A stretch of 64,000 nucleotides of DNA. Source: Octopus sinensis (taxonomy: Eukaryota). Location: positions 25,730,001-25,794,000 of the forward strand of contig NC_043008.1 in the NCBI RefSeq assembly GCF_006345805.1. Reading direction: 5' to 3'. The notes under the pieces are model-generated. The model was not told the DNA's origin, searched no databases, and saw only the letters and a program-made list of their open reading frames with translations. The position numbers and the translations under genes were made by a program. Shown here piece after piece: positions 24,040-36,981 of the stretch (its first letter is position 1; every line of letters starts with the position of its first letter).

Positions 24040-24363
24040 CTTCAGTCATGACACGGACCATGGGATTGCACCTAGAAAGTTAGCGTCCCAGGCACAAGTC
24101 CAGGCAAGGTTGTTTATGGAAGACCAGCAGTCGCCCATTCATACCGGCCTCCCCTCTGCATGCCACCAGTGTTATCCAAGAGAAAGACAAAGGCCGATAC
24201 ATCTTGGCACCTGTGATGTCGTAACTCATTTCTACAGCTGAGTGAACTGGAGCAATGTGAAATAAAGTGTCTTGCTCAAGAACACAACACACAGCCCAGG
24301 ATTTGAGTTCACAACCTCACAATCATAAGCTCGACGCTCTAACCACTGAGCCATGTGCCTTCA
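24040..24363 (-). mobile_element. tRNA-derived SINE, family C
   Basis: A box TGGCTCAGTGG, B box GAACTCAAATCC, then ttgagcaagacactttatttcacattgctccagttcactcagctgtagaaatgag core. Confidence 0.85.
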
Positions 24364-24426
24364 TAAGAGAGAGAGAGAAACAGGCATACATACAGTCACA
24401 CATACACTTTCATACACATAAATGTT

Positions 24427-24464
<38 letters not shown>

Positions 24465-24849
24465 CATGTAGAATCAGTAACAAATATAAAATTAATAGTA
24501 TCTCAAATTGTATGATATACCAATTTAGAGATGTATTAACACCTTTCAATTTTTTACAGAGCTGATGACAGCTGGCACATACTATTTAAATAACTGATTA
24601 AATCCATATTCTTATGTAGATATATTCTGTTTCACTCTCTCTCTCTCACTTTCTATATAGAACTTGTAAATACAATATCTACATATCATGTCTACAATAA
24701 AGTGCACTGTAAGTTAACTGACTGAATAAGATATTACCAGTTTGCAACTTGTGAGTTCAGCTCTACATACAACAAACCTTCCATTTCATTTCTGAGTACA
24801 TCAGTTAATTCCAAATAAACAGTGTAACCACTAGATCATTTTTAGATAT

Positions 24850-25065
24850 CAGCTTAAAATTTTGGCACAAGGCCAGCAAGTTGGGGATAAGAGTAAGTTG
24901 ACCCCAGTGCTCAACTGATGCTTATTTCATCAACCCTGAAAAGATAAACGGTAAAGTTGACCTTGGTGGAATTTGAACTCAGAACATAATGATAGACAAA
25001 ATGCCACTAAGCATTTTGCCTGGCATGCTAACAATTCTGCCTGTTCAATGCCCTCAGTCATTTTG
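24850..25065 (-). mobile_element. tRNA-derived SINE, family B
   Basis: Reverse complement of the 5240-5450 family; a further partial copy lies at ~25120-25215. Confidence 0.75.
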
Positions 25066-26548
25066 AAAATATCATTAGCTAACATAACCGCAAGGCACCA
25101 CATTTTAGAAAATGTTATATTTGATGAAAACAACTGGTATGTTATTTTATCAATTTTAGAAGGATGAAAGGCAAATTTGATCCCAGCAAGGTTTTAACTC
25201 AGAACTTAAAGGGCCGTAACTAAATATAACCTAAAAACTTAACATCCTGGTCAGGAGGAAGCGATATGTTTGTCTTCTTCTTAATTACTTGATGTAAGTT
25301 CAGACCCTTAAAATGCTCTTATGAGCCTAAAATACATTTACAATATGGTGTTACAAACAGCTGTGAGCTGTGAATTAAACTGCAGAAGTTTAATTCTCAT
25401 TCAACAGGATTTAGAGTAAGAATAGATGTATATGTTTGCCATTATGTGTGCCACCAGCTGCTGTGAATTTGAAAAGGTTAACTTAACAGTAGCAGAATTT
25501 GTATTTAGCGTAGTTATACTCAAGTAGTAGTTGTAGAACTGATAAAGTGAACTTATATGTAAGATAGGATCAGAAGTATGAATAACTGTATTAATAGCTA
25601 TTCCACAGTGTTCTGTAGAAGTTGTATTCTTGAAAAGGTTATTTCATTGATATTAAGATTTACAGTTAGAGTGGCAATTGAATGGCCATTGTAAATGTTT
25701 CTACTTGTTGTGGACTTGAAAGTGATACTTTCCAGCTTTCTTTTAATAAGTCCACTTGTAACTGTCCAAGTTATAAGTGGATTTACTTTTAAAAAATGGG
25801 TAATTATGCCAAAGTAGTTCATCTTACTCTTAAATGAAAATTAAAATTAACTTGATTAATTTTGACATGCTGATGAATGTTATATCTAATGACCTCTGTA
25901 TAGATAACCTTGTAGACTATTAGAATGGATAGAAGTATCTTTGTTGTAGACTACTACAGGGTGTAGAAGTTTAGAAATATCTGTATAAATTGCTATGATA
26001 ATATACAGAGTTATTTTTGTTGACTACCAACTACATTGTTAGGAGGTTCATTGCAGACTGCTACAGAGACAAAAGTTTCACTAGAGACAGAGGAAGCATA
26101 TATATCATTATGAAGGAAAAGTCTTTGATGGGATGTTACAGTCTGTATTGCCAGTGTTGTTCAATTTATCAAAATAGTCCTGTGCATGATGAATTAACAG
26201 TGAGTTGGGTAAAGAATTTAGTGATCATCTTTGTTGTTCATAAAAGTCCTTTGTCTTTTCATAAATGTTAAGTAAATAAGGAACTTAGAAATAAATGTCA
26301 TAAAAAACTTTAATATTCTTACAATGGTTCCCATTCTAAAATCTGTCAAACAACTGCAGAAAGAGTGTGAAACGAACTTCAATGTGAGTGAATATCTTGT
26401 CTTGTACTTTCGGGGTACAAGAAAGCAATCACTCACTAGCCGTTGCTTTAATAATCCAGAATCTCTGCCAGTCAGAAACAACAAGACGCAAACGTAAAAT
26501 ATATATTTACTACTTTATTCTCTTTCTTGGTAACAATAACAATAAGTG

Positions 26549-26961
26549 TGTTATCTGATGTCCTTGGTTCTGGGCACACAAGGCTGAAAGTTAATCGATT
26601 GTAATATTTACAATGTCCAGCCGCCAAAACAGAACGGGGTTAAAGATGGCGTTGAACAATGGAGACGATGTTGGTCTGCAACAATTTTGGTTAAAGGCCT
26701 TTTGGTAAGGACTGCTAGAATCAGTTCGAACGGAGAGAAAATATTAACGTCCTGCTCCTTAGGTCGCTGCTGTCCCAAGTCGCCACTGCTGCTGCCAGCG
26801 GTCAAACGTTCTACGATCCCCCTGCCTTGGCCAGGGTCGTGCTTCCGGTGGTTCGCGCATGCGCGAGAGGGGCCTTCCTTTTTGTGCCTTGGTGAAGGCA
26901 CCAACACGCGCAAAATACAAATGGACGGTGCGCGAGCACGCGCCGTTGTAGGATCACTACA
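26549..26961 (-). mobile_element. Young solo LTR (413 bp)
   Basis: TG...CA termini (tgttatctga ... tcactaca), exact 4-bp TSD AGTG at 26545-26548 and 26962-26965, CpG-rich relative to surroundings. Strand is inferred from composition. Confidence 0.85.
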
Positions 26962-28435
26962 AGTGCAAAAGTGTAGCAAAAGTAAAGACATTTGGAAGAA
27001 AGTATGTAAAATCTCATTAATATGTAAGTAGTTGTGCTTAGCTTATAGTAAAAGAACACATATGAACATAACACTCTGTAATTAGAGCAATCAATAAGTC
27101 TGAAAAAGATACAGTTTTGTCTGCATAAGACTGTTATAAATTTCTAACTTTAGATTTGATATGTACATTGGAGAAATTAGCTCCAAATGTATTACATGAA
27201 ATTAAATCAACAGTTGCTTAGATGGCTAGAAAGCTTGATAAGAAGCTTCATCTTGTAATTTATGACGACTTTCTACAGGCATCACACAAAATTTAGTGTG
27301 GCCCAGAGTAAAGGCTAAAATTTCTCATCAAAGTCAGAAAACGCATAGAAATTGACATCCTTCAAAGTATGTACTCTTTAGAGTACATAGTGAGGGTAAC
27401 AGTCAGAAGCATGGTCTCTGAGCAAATGTGAAGAGAACATAATGAATGTGTTTGAAATGTGAGTGGATAGGAGAATGTTATGAGTCTCTTACATGGATCA
27501 ACTGACAAATGAATAGGTGTTACAGGTAGGTGAAAGACAATAACTCCTGTAAAAACAAAAGCTTGTCTATTATGGCCATATTTGAAGAAGCAATGGTCTG
27601 GAAAACTATGCAGTCACATATCCAGCAAAAACAAAAGACGAATTTACTTTAAATCCAACATTTTCTCATTAAAAAGAAAGGGGATATGGGATAATGTAGT
27701 TTTAGATTTACAAAAAAGTTGAATGTTTGTAGTAGGGAGAGACAGCATTGATCATATATCTGCTAAATCAGGATCAACTTGGAGCCTAAACAACAATAAC
27801 AACAAAGGGTTGGAAAAATCTTCAGTCACTCTCAGAGTTCCTACCTGGTCACATTCATCTCCTACCTCAGATATCTATGTTCAGAGATTCAAACTGAATA
27901 TTGGCAGCATTAATGGCAACAGTCTGGCAAAGACTATTAACACTTCACTCCTTGCTTGATTATAAGATAGAAAAAAAAATCGAAGTTTCTGTTGCATAAA
28001 TGCAATTGTGAGGAAGGAACTGTAGCAGAGATAAAAATAGGAAAAAAAATTAAGGGTGCTGTTACACTGCTTACAATTTGATAAAGAAGGCAGATCTTAT
28101 AAGTCATGCACAAAGAGATTGATGCTGCATTGAGGTGAAATATGGACACTAAATATGGAATATTGTATTGTAATGGGGTATGGGTACAGAGTGTGGAAGA
28201 TTATGGTAACATATGGACACTAAATGTAGATTTTAGCTGTGTGATACAAAATTGTTATGATATATGCTCACTGAATTGATACTACTAACAAAAAAAAAGA
28301 TCTGAACATATATATATATATGGTGCTGCTTAGCTGCAGGTTTTGTGTGATTGAACAGACATAAGATCAAAATTGTTACAGCTGTGACTAACCTTTCTAT
28401 TTTTCAGACAAGGCACAGAATAATAAATATTAAAA

Positions 28436-28472
28436 TGATGATGCCGATGATGATGACGATGACGACGACGAC

Positions 28473-28536
<64 letters not shown>

Positions 28537-28546
28537 GTGATGATGA
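28436..28546. repeat. (GAT)n/(GAC)n microsatellite
   Basis: About 36 triplets; produces the poly-M and poly-H ORFs. Confidence 0.95.
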
Positions 28547-29148
28547 TTGCTATTCTGGACATAAAACTCAAACATGTGTACAGAAATATAACCTCCTAAT
28601 AATTTGAGCACACAAAGTGTTTGGCATCCAAAATCTTTGTCATGTTAAATTTATTCTAAGTAAAGGAAATTCTACTGTTTTTATAATATTCCATGGAATT
28701 TTGTAGCCATCTATTGAGAAATTTTAAAGTTTGGATAATTAATTTAGGAGTTGCACATTTCGGTTCAGATTTTAGAAAACATAATTATTTCAACGATATA
28801 TATTGAATCATGCACAAAACGCGAATCAGCACAATCTCTTCCAAGATGTTAACATGTTCATTACATTGGTTAAGATCAGAAGATAACAATTAAAATTATT
28901 AAGATCTATAAGAAAGTGCAATGTTATTGATTTAGAACAGAAACACAAGACTATGCTTTCAGTTTATATTTGTGTGTGTGGAAATTATTTACATATCCTC
29001 ATGCTAATATATCCATATACCTATTCACATACACTTGTATATATACAATATTTATGTTTGTGAGTATGTATCAATGTAAAACTAAAAAGAACTGAAATAA
29101 TATATGTATGTGTGTCTGTTGTGTGTGTTATATGTTTGTATGTGTATG

Positions 29149-29197
<49 letters not shown>

Positions 29198-29329
29198 TGT
29201 GTCTGTGTGTTTACATATTATTTACACACACATACACTCACCAATTCACTCACAAGGCTTTCGGCAGATCACTTTCCCAAGGTGGCATGCAGCCAGACTG
29301 AGCCTGAAACCCTATGGTTGTGAAGCAAA

Positions 29330-31000
29330 TCACTCAACTATGTGACCATATATATTTAGTGAGGGTGGACTTGTCATGCGTGTGGATAGCATGTTGAATA
29401 TCATCATCATCATCATCATCATTTTAATGATATTGCTGTTGGGATAAATGAATTGTAAGTTTTTGGACTTGAAGATATGAACCATGGAATCCGAAAGCCT
29501 CCAGATTGCTTCTGATGAGGATACATATTGACCATTATCATAATTTTCATCTTTGTGTTTCTGTTTGCTGTACATTGGTTTGTCCACTAATATTGACTGT
29601 CACCTGATCATGACCTATTTGCTAATATATTTAACTGATTTTACAGATGCACATATCTCTGTATTACAATGGCCTCAATATTTGACAAAAAAGATGGTGG
29701 TGGAGGTGGATATAGTACTACTGAACAATTATCTAATTTGACATTTGACATTGTAAATGTAGAACCATTATTCAACATGAGTAAAGTGGAGAGCTCTTAT
29801 AAATGCGTAATGTATTTTCCTGAAAATCTTTAGGGAAATTGTGAAGTATATTTGTCACATAAATGTGGCTAACCCTTAAGGGTCGATGCTACTGTAGCAT
29901 GTAGCCCCCGCCACATTTAGGTGGCAAATATACTTCACGATGTCGTGCCGCCACTGTTTTTTTTATCTCACTAAGAGATTTATTATTGCTTTAGGGAAAT
30001 ATTTTTTGCATTTCCCATCAACCATGCATGTTGCATTGGGTTTATCTCTCCAACACAGACCATGTAGCATGCTTTTGGTGACATGTTGAAATAAATTCAG
30101 TTGTGTTTGTATATTTGGAAGTTCTGCATAAACAAACATTTATATTTTCTGGATTTAACTTATATTCTCCTTTTAATATGAACACCATATGACAATGAGG
30201 TATTCTATGCTTTTGAAACTCTATCATCCACGTGCATCCTGTTCCCACAATGTTCTCTTCCAAAATATCATGTAAGAGATCTTTAGGTTTCCTATTAAAT
30301 GCTTTGTCAGTTAAATCTGGTCTATCAGCCAGTGCTTGTCCTAGATTAATTTCATATTGTGATTTCTTTCCATTGGGGATCACAGATGAAAGAGATGAAT
30401 AAATTTGGTTTTCCTAACAGTTAAACAATTAGCATTGAGTCTTGGTACAATTTCTGCACCCATCGTGGATCTCCTATGAATGTTTGATGGCATGATTACT
30501 CTTTTGCCATGATTTGAGCTATGACAATACATGCACTTGTGAATATTTTGATGCATTTCTGACCTGATTTTTATTTATTTTTTAATTTTTGATTATATCA
30601 AATCCACTGTAACCTTGCTTCTTCAGTCTTGGAATACATATCACAAGAATATTCCTTAACTAAACGACTTCAGTAGTGAAGGAAATGGAAATCCTGTTTC
30701 CAAATTACAAGCCTATATTTGTAAAAATCAATCTGTGATATTTTATGACTCTTATCCCCCATCACAAAAGGAAAATATCTATAAGAACTGCAGTGGGTCA
30801 TAATTTGGATGTATTGACCTGATTGTTTCAAGGGGAGATTTACCAAGAACATACTTTTTATGCAGTGTCAGAAGTCTTTGCAATTGTACTTTTTCCAAAT
30901 TTGCATCTGGAATAACAGCTTCAACCTTTTTTGCAGCTGGAGAATTGAATGTTTGGTTACCAGCTGTAGGAATGTATTTGTCTTCTGGAATAACCATTGA
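29330..31000 (-). mobile_element. Autonomous-type Helitron Rep relic
   Basis: IRSIHPNYDPLQF; GQALADRPDL..AF; IEFQKHRIPHCH (Rep motif 2, IEFQKRGLPHAH); DENYDNGQYVSSSEAIWRL. Heavily disrupted and may extend to ~31350. Confidence 0.85.
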
Positions 31001-31519
31001 GAACTCTTGTGCATTAACAATGTCTTAATATTCTGCACTGTTATTTTGCTGAAGGGGTTGAGTCGCTTTTCAGAACCTCATATGACATCCTTTGTATTCT
31101 CATGTCTTAAGCTCAGAGTTCAAAGGTCAGCCTTCACTACTTCATTCCATGTCTTCAACTTGATTTTGAAATTCTTATTTCATGTCTCGTTTGCAACACA
31201 AATTTTCATGAACTCTGTCAATGCATGCGAAGTACCCTTTCTTGCTTCACAGGGATCTTCGACTTCCATGGTTTCCGAACATTTCTTCAAACTTATTGCT
31301 AATATGCCATCATCAAATGGTGTTCATATTAAAAAAAGAATATGTTAGATCCAGAACATAAAGATATTTTGATGTGCCTGGGGAGAAACATTCTCTTTTA
31401 GTGTCTTATAATACTTACACACTCACCAGTAAAATTTCTATTCATTTCCTTCTTTATTTTTCTAAAATTTTCATTGCTTCTTGCAATCTTTTCAATAGTT
31501 TTGACCCTGTCCGTTATTC

Positions 31520-32080
31520 ACATTGCATGCTTTTTGTTTGCTTGTGTGGGTCAGTGTGCATGTGCATACACATATATATATGTAGGTATGCATGCATGTG
31601 TGTGTATTCATGTATGCGTGTGTTTGCATATGTATACATGTATGTATGTGTGTACATTTGTATGTATGTATTCTGCATATTCATATGTTTGCGTGTCTGT
31701 GTTTGTGTGTTTTTATGTATGTGTGTGTGTGTACCTCTGTCTCCTTGTGTGTCCGTGTGTGTGTGTATATGTGTCTGCGTCTGTGTGTATGGGTTTTTGC
31801 AACTATGTACTGTGTTTGTATGTATGGATGTGTATCTCCATATGTGTGGACATGTGTCTCCACATGTGCCTTTGTGTGAAGTAAAGTGTGTGTGTATATA
31901 TGGTATTGTGTTTCAGTCTTCTTTTGTGTATGTGTGTGTATGTGTGCTTGTCTTTTCATATAACCTATGTACCTATCTGTCTGTATGTCTATCTGTTTAC
32001 TTTCAGTCATATGCTTACATACATGTGCATATACATATATACAAACACCCACACACATACATATATACATCTATCTACAT
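31520..32080. repeat. Degenerate (GT)n/(AC)n low-complexity tract
   Basis: Source of the spurious V/C/M-rich ORFs. Confidence 0.85.
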
Positions 32081-32169
32081 AACAGCCCACTAACTATTCT
32101 ACTCTACCTGTATAGACTGTGGGTGTGGGGGTATGATATCTACTATGTATATTTCCTATTTAGTATTGG

Positions 32170-32770
32170 AAAAGTTTCATTTAAGAGGATGTAGTCTGAG
32201 TGATGGGTCCTTTGAATAAGATGTGGATGTCAAGTGGACCCAGGCTGCCTCCATGTTGGTCCTTGGCATGTTGGTAGAGAATGGAGGACTGTTTTTTGTT
32301 GTCATATTGTCTCAAATTTTCATGTAGTTGTTCCGTAATGCTCCTAGATGTCTCCCCTATGTATGTCATGTTCATGTCTTTACAAGCACCTCCTATGCAT
32401 CTTATGCTGTAAAATACATTTCTAGTTCTACAGTTAATGCCAGGGTTAATCCTACATATCATGCAGTTATCATTGGTGCATATGGTATTCTCAAAGGGGT
32501 ACGTCCTACATAATTGTGATCTGATGGAGTTCCCTGGCTTTTCAACAATCTTAATGTTGAGTTTGGTCTCCTTCAGAGCTTTCCTACAACTACGGACTTT
32601 TAATTCAGCATCTCACCAAAATGGTAAGTCACATAGGTGGATCTGTTTGCAACTTGCTTCTAAACTCTCTTTGTCCTTTGAGGGCATTTTCAAACTTCGA
32701 GTAGCACTTTGGAAAGCTTGCCTTTGTTCAGAACTTAACCTGGTTCTTTTCATATTTCGAATGGGTTAAA
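32170..32770 (-). mobile_element. Penelope-like element relic (GIY-YIG endonuclease end)
   Basis: INCRTRNVFYSIRC..C...YIGETSRSITEQLHEN..ILYQHAKDQH. Confidence 0.85.
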
Positions 32771-33499
32771 ACAAAAAAGGAATGTAAATAAAGTGATTTA
32801 TCAGCTGTTAAGGAGAGTGTATATTTCTGGGTCACCCTGTACGTGTGTGTGTGTGGGGGGGGGGGGGTAGATGCATATATCAGTGCCTTTATTCAATATG
32901 AAATATTGAAATGAAGCTAAATGTTCTTAAAGATTTCTAATTTGGGCAAAAAGCTAGATATTTTCAAAGGCAAGTTAATTGATATTATTGATCCCAATGC
33001 ATGAATGGTATTTTATTCCATTGGCTCCAAAAGAAAGAAAAGCAAAGCTGACTCTGACAGGTTATGAAGCCAGACATAATACTGCAAGGCATTTTTCAAT
33101 GACTTAACAATTCCACCAATCCATTGCCCTGAATGTTCTTAATAATGATGTTCACTTGTCATTGGTTTGAATTTTTCCTTTAAAATTCTCATTATTAGAT
33201 ATTTTAATGTCACATTGTCAGTCAATTTAAAAATAAAAGGAAACATTTTGAAAGTTCATCCACTATATTTATCAAAATGTTCACTTAATGGAATCAATTC
33301 AGTGCAAACATAACAGATCTGATATTGTTCAGTGGGATAGAGAACAAAGGTCATGCATTGTTGTAGAGGTCAGCTGCCCAGCAGATGTGAATTTACAATC
33401 AAAAGTCCAGGAGAAAGAGAGCATTTATGGTGAATTAATACGGAAATAACAGTTGTTGTACCCTATCTATGAATTCTTATTTATACTTAATTTATACCT

Positions 33500-34030
33500 A
33501 TCATCAGAGGTACATTAGGTCATGCACCTACAAATTTACAAAAAAATCTTAGAAATACTTGGTTTCATGGAGAAAGAGCAAAAGAAACTGACACAGATTC
33601 TTCAACTCTAATCTATTAGTGGTACAGGGAAGATTTTCCATCTGAAATTCTTATATGAGCAGATGCACCCACTTAGGTGTATGCATCGACTGTTCAACTA
33701 ATACATCAACTCAACCACATATTTACAAACAATAGGAAATCCCATAATTCAAAAAGTCTTGTTGCTTTGTTAGTGATTGGCTTGAACTCTCTTAAGAACT
33801 CAAAGAAAGATCATACATGCATACATTATACTACACGTGATATCAGGTGGAAAATAAGAGATAACCCAAACCCGTTTATTAATGGGAGTGGCCGTTGCAA
33901 AGTCTGCATCGTGGAGAGAACCAAAATTCTTAAGGACTATACTAAATCTGGGGCATTAAATAGTTATAAATAAGTTTTCTCTAAATGTGTCCACTCCAAG
34001 CACTACCTACTGGAAGATTGGATCTCCACG
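33500..34030 (+). mobile_element. Penelope-like element 3' relic
   Basis: IRWKIRDNPNPFINGSGRCKVCIVERTKIL..LNSYK.VFSKCVH is the typical PLE GIY-YIG C-terminal CxxC...E...LN...CxH segment. Confidence 0.7.
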
Positions 34031-34339
34031 TTTGCTCTTTAGGCTTTTCCAGGTCTGTAAGAGTTGTTTTATCCTATGGTCCAGGGGAAACAACCCACCT
34101 CATTAATGTTTTTATATGTTAGGCCTTAAAACTCGATATCTGAGAGTTTTTTCACATCTGCGTGGTAGAAAGTTAAAATGGTTTTCTTGTCTTTGTATAG
34201 AGTCTAACAAGCTGCCCACAAGGCTTTGGCTTTGTGGATAGGAAACCTTTGGTAACTCTTTGACTGGAGTTTAAATTATTGTTTAAAATTTACTATTCTA
34301 TACTTTAGAGTGTGCTTCTTTTCTGATGTATGTTTTATT

Positions 34340-34436
<97 letters not shown>

Positions 34437-34468
34437 CATAAATATGCACATATGCATCTATCTATCTA

Positions 34469-34507
<39 letters not shown>

Positions 34508-34511
<4 letters not shown>

Positions 34512-35412
34512 CATACATATAAGGGGGATGACCACTAAGTGGACATCCATTATGCTAGAAGTCGACCCCCTTTGGTCTGACAACTAAGAAAGGAATGTTC
34601 TCAAGAAAATGTAGCAAACACGAGAATGTAAACGAGCAAGACAAATGAAAAGATACAAAATATACAGATTAATCAAAAATCAGTTTCGTTGTTACCAGTT
34701 ACGTAATCACTTATGTAGATGTCCGCAACTCATCAGTGTGATCGTCATAGCAAAATATAAATTTCAGAACTATCCATGAGACGTCTGCTTGGGATTGAAC
34801 ATGTATATAGTTCTACCAATTACATTCGGGATTATATTAAAAAATTTTCGTTTTGGCAAAATACCGGAAATAATTCTGCAGAAAATAATTCTCTACATTG
34901 AATTTTGCTGGTTAGCAAACATAGTTATTTAAATTTAAAGTTAAAATAATAAGGACGAAAAATTTAATAATAATTTGATTAATATCAATTTAAAGTCAGT
35001 GGTCTAGCATATAGAAAAATCTGAAGATTCAGAAAAATTATATTACATACATATAAGGGAGATGACCAATAAGTGGGCATCCATTATGATAGAAGTCGAC
35101 CCCCTATTGTCTTACATGTTCAATCTCATGCAGACTTCCAGTTCATAGTTCTGCAAATTATATTTTGCTATGACAATCACACTGACGAGTTATGGACATC
35201 TATGTAAGTGATTACATAAGTAATAACAACAAAACTGGTTTGGTACATTCTGGCGTTAGCTAAACTTTTTTTGAGAACATTACTTACTTAGTGGTAAGAC
35301 CATAGGGGTTGACTTCTAGAATAATGGATGTCCACTTAGTGGTCATCTCTCTTATATGTATGTAATATAAGGCCGCAGAATATTCAGATTTTTCTATATG
35401 CTAGACCACTGC
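34508..35412. repeat. Compound fold-back element (nested inverted and direct repeats)
   Basis: Block A 34508-34610 is inverted at 35268-35369 and direct at 35041-35105. Block B 34682-34806 is inverted at 35113-35237. Block C 34997-35030 is inverted at 35381-35412. Confidence 0.88.
34682..34740 (-). ncRNA. Hammerhead-like core (CUGAUGA - extended stem II - GAAAC); stem I not found
   Basis: Minus strand CTGATGA GTTG..TACATAA GTGA TTACGTA..CAAC GAAA C. Confidence 0.45.
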
Positions 35413-36351
35413 ACTGAAAGTGTAGCTACTAGAATAAGAATAGCTTGGGCAAAGTTCAGAGAGCTCTTACTTCTGGTGACAAAGGGCCTCTCGCTCAGAG
35501 TAAAAGGTAGACTATATGAATGAAGCCAGTATTCTCCGATGGATGCGTAATGTCAGTGTGCATACTCAACAGAGTGTAAGTACCTTGAGAGAAAAGTTGG
35601 ACCTAGCAAGCATTAGATGTGGTGTGCAAGAGAGATGACTGCGCTGGTATGGTCATGTGGTGAGAATGGATGAGGATAGCTGTGTGAAAAAGTGCCACAC
35701 CCTAGCGGTTGAGGGGACCTGTGGAAGAGGTAGACCCAGGAAGACCTGGGATGAAATGGTGAAGCACGACCTTCGAACATTAGGCCATACCGAGGCAATG
35801 ACTAGTGACTGGGATCTTTGGAAATATGCTGTGCTTGAGAAGACCCAGCAAGCCAAGTGAGACCATAACCTCGTGGCCTATGCTAGGTGTGTAAACAGCC
35901 CACTTATGCGTAGCATTTCCTTCATTGGACACTAAACTCTGCTTGCGAAGACCTGCCTAGGCAAGTGAAATCGAAATGGAGTGCTAAGAGCACCATCCGG
36001 GTGTGATCGTTGCCACAGCAGCTAACTGGCTTCCATGCCGGTGGTACGTGAAAAATATTCGAGTGAGGTCGTTGCCAGTGCCCCTGGACTGGCTCCTGTG
36101 CAGGTGGCATGTAAAAAACACCATTTGAGGGTGGCCACTGCCAGTACCACCTGACTAGCTCTCGTGCCAGTGGCACATAAAAGCACTCACTAAACTATTG
36201 GGGTGGTTGGCGTTAGGAAGGGCATCAAGCTGTAGAAACTCTACCAGATCAGTTTGGAGCCTGGTGCAGCCATCTGGTTTGCCAGTCCTCAGTCAAATCG
36301 TCCAACCCATGCTAGTATGGAAAGCGGACGTTAAACGACGATGATGATGAT
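35410..36351 (+). mobile_element. 5'-truncated RTE LINE
   Basis: CTESVATRIRIAWAKFRELL...WYGHVVRMDEDSCVKKCHTLAVEGTCGRGRPRKTW, repeat-rich 3' UTR, (GAT)n tail. Confidence 0.9.
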
Positions 36352-36443
36352 TCATACATACACACACACATATATATATATGCATATATACATACTTGCA
36401 TATATTCATACATACATACATACACACATACATACATATATAT

Positions 36444-36496
<53 letters not shown>

Positions 36497-36577
36497 GGAA
36501 ATGGAAATTGATTAAAATTTACATTTCTAGAGGTCTAACGTGTAAAAATCTTTAGTCAAAAAGACTATATATTAGCC

Positions 36578-36981
36578 ATACGATATAGTGTATATTTAAA
36601 CACATAAGGAATCTACTTATAGGGATTCTACACGCTAGAAAGAACAGCTAGGTTCTATAACCACAAAAATTAGGGATAAAATTCGACAGGAATAAATTTA
36701 GAAAGGAAAAACATTTTTGATTGTCCCCTGTGTATACGTTTAACCCTAGGTTGGAACTGCTGAGGAAGCTCAAACCTAGTGAGTTCTCCTTGACTCGCTA
36801 AAATAAGATCAGAAGCCAATTGGTCCAGGAAACTGGATGGTAAATGTTTTTCATTTCTAAATTTATTCCTGTCGAATTTTATCCCTAATTTTTATGGTTA
36901 TAGAACCTAGCTTTTCTTTCTAGCGTGTAGAATCCCTATAAGTGGATTCCTTATGTGTTTAAATAAAAAACTATATCGTAT
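36578..36981. repeat. Fold-back element: ~139-bp inverted arms with 125-bp spacer, in (TA)n
   Basis: 36578-36716 is the reverse complement of 36842-36981 with few mismatches. Confidence 0.92.

Noticed and set aside
26620-26960. CpG island as a host gene promoter
   Set aside because: It lies entirely within a TG...CA unit with a 4-bp TSD, i.e. a solo LTR.
31374-32093. 239-aa ORF and other V/C/M-, I-, H- or Y-rich ORFs (also 19234-20251, 28330-28611, 29104-29345, 34326-34587)
   Set aside because: These are translations of microsatellites that lack stop codons.
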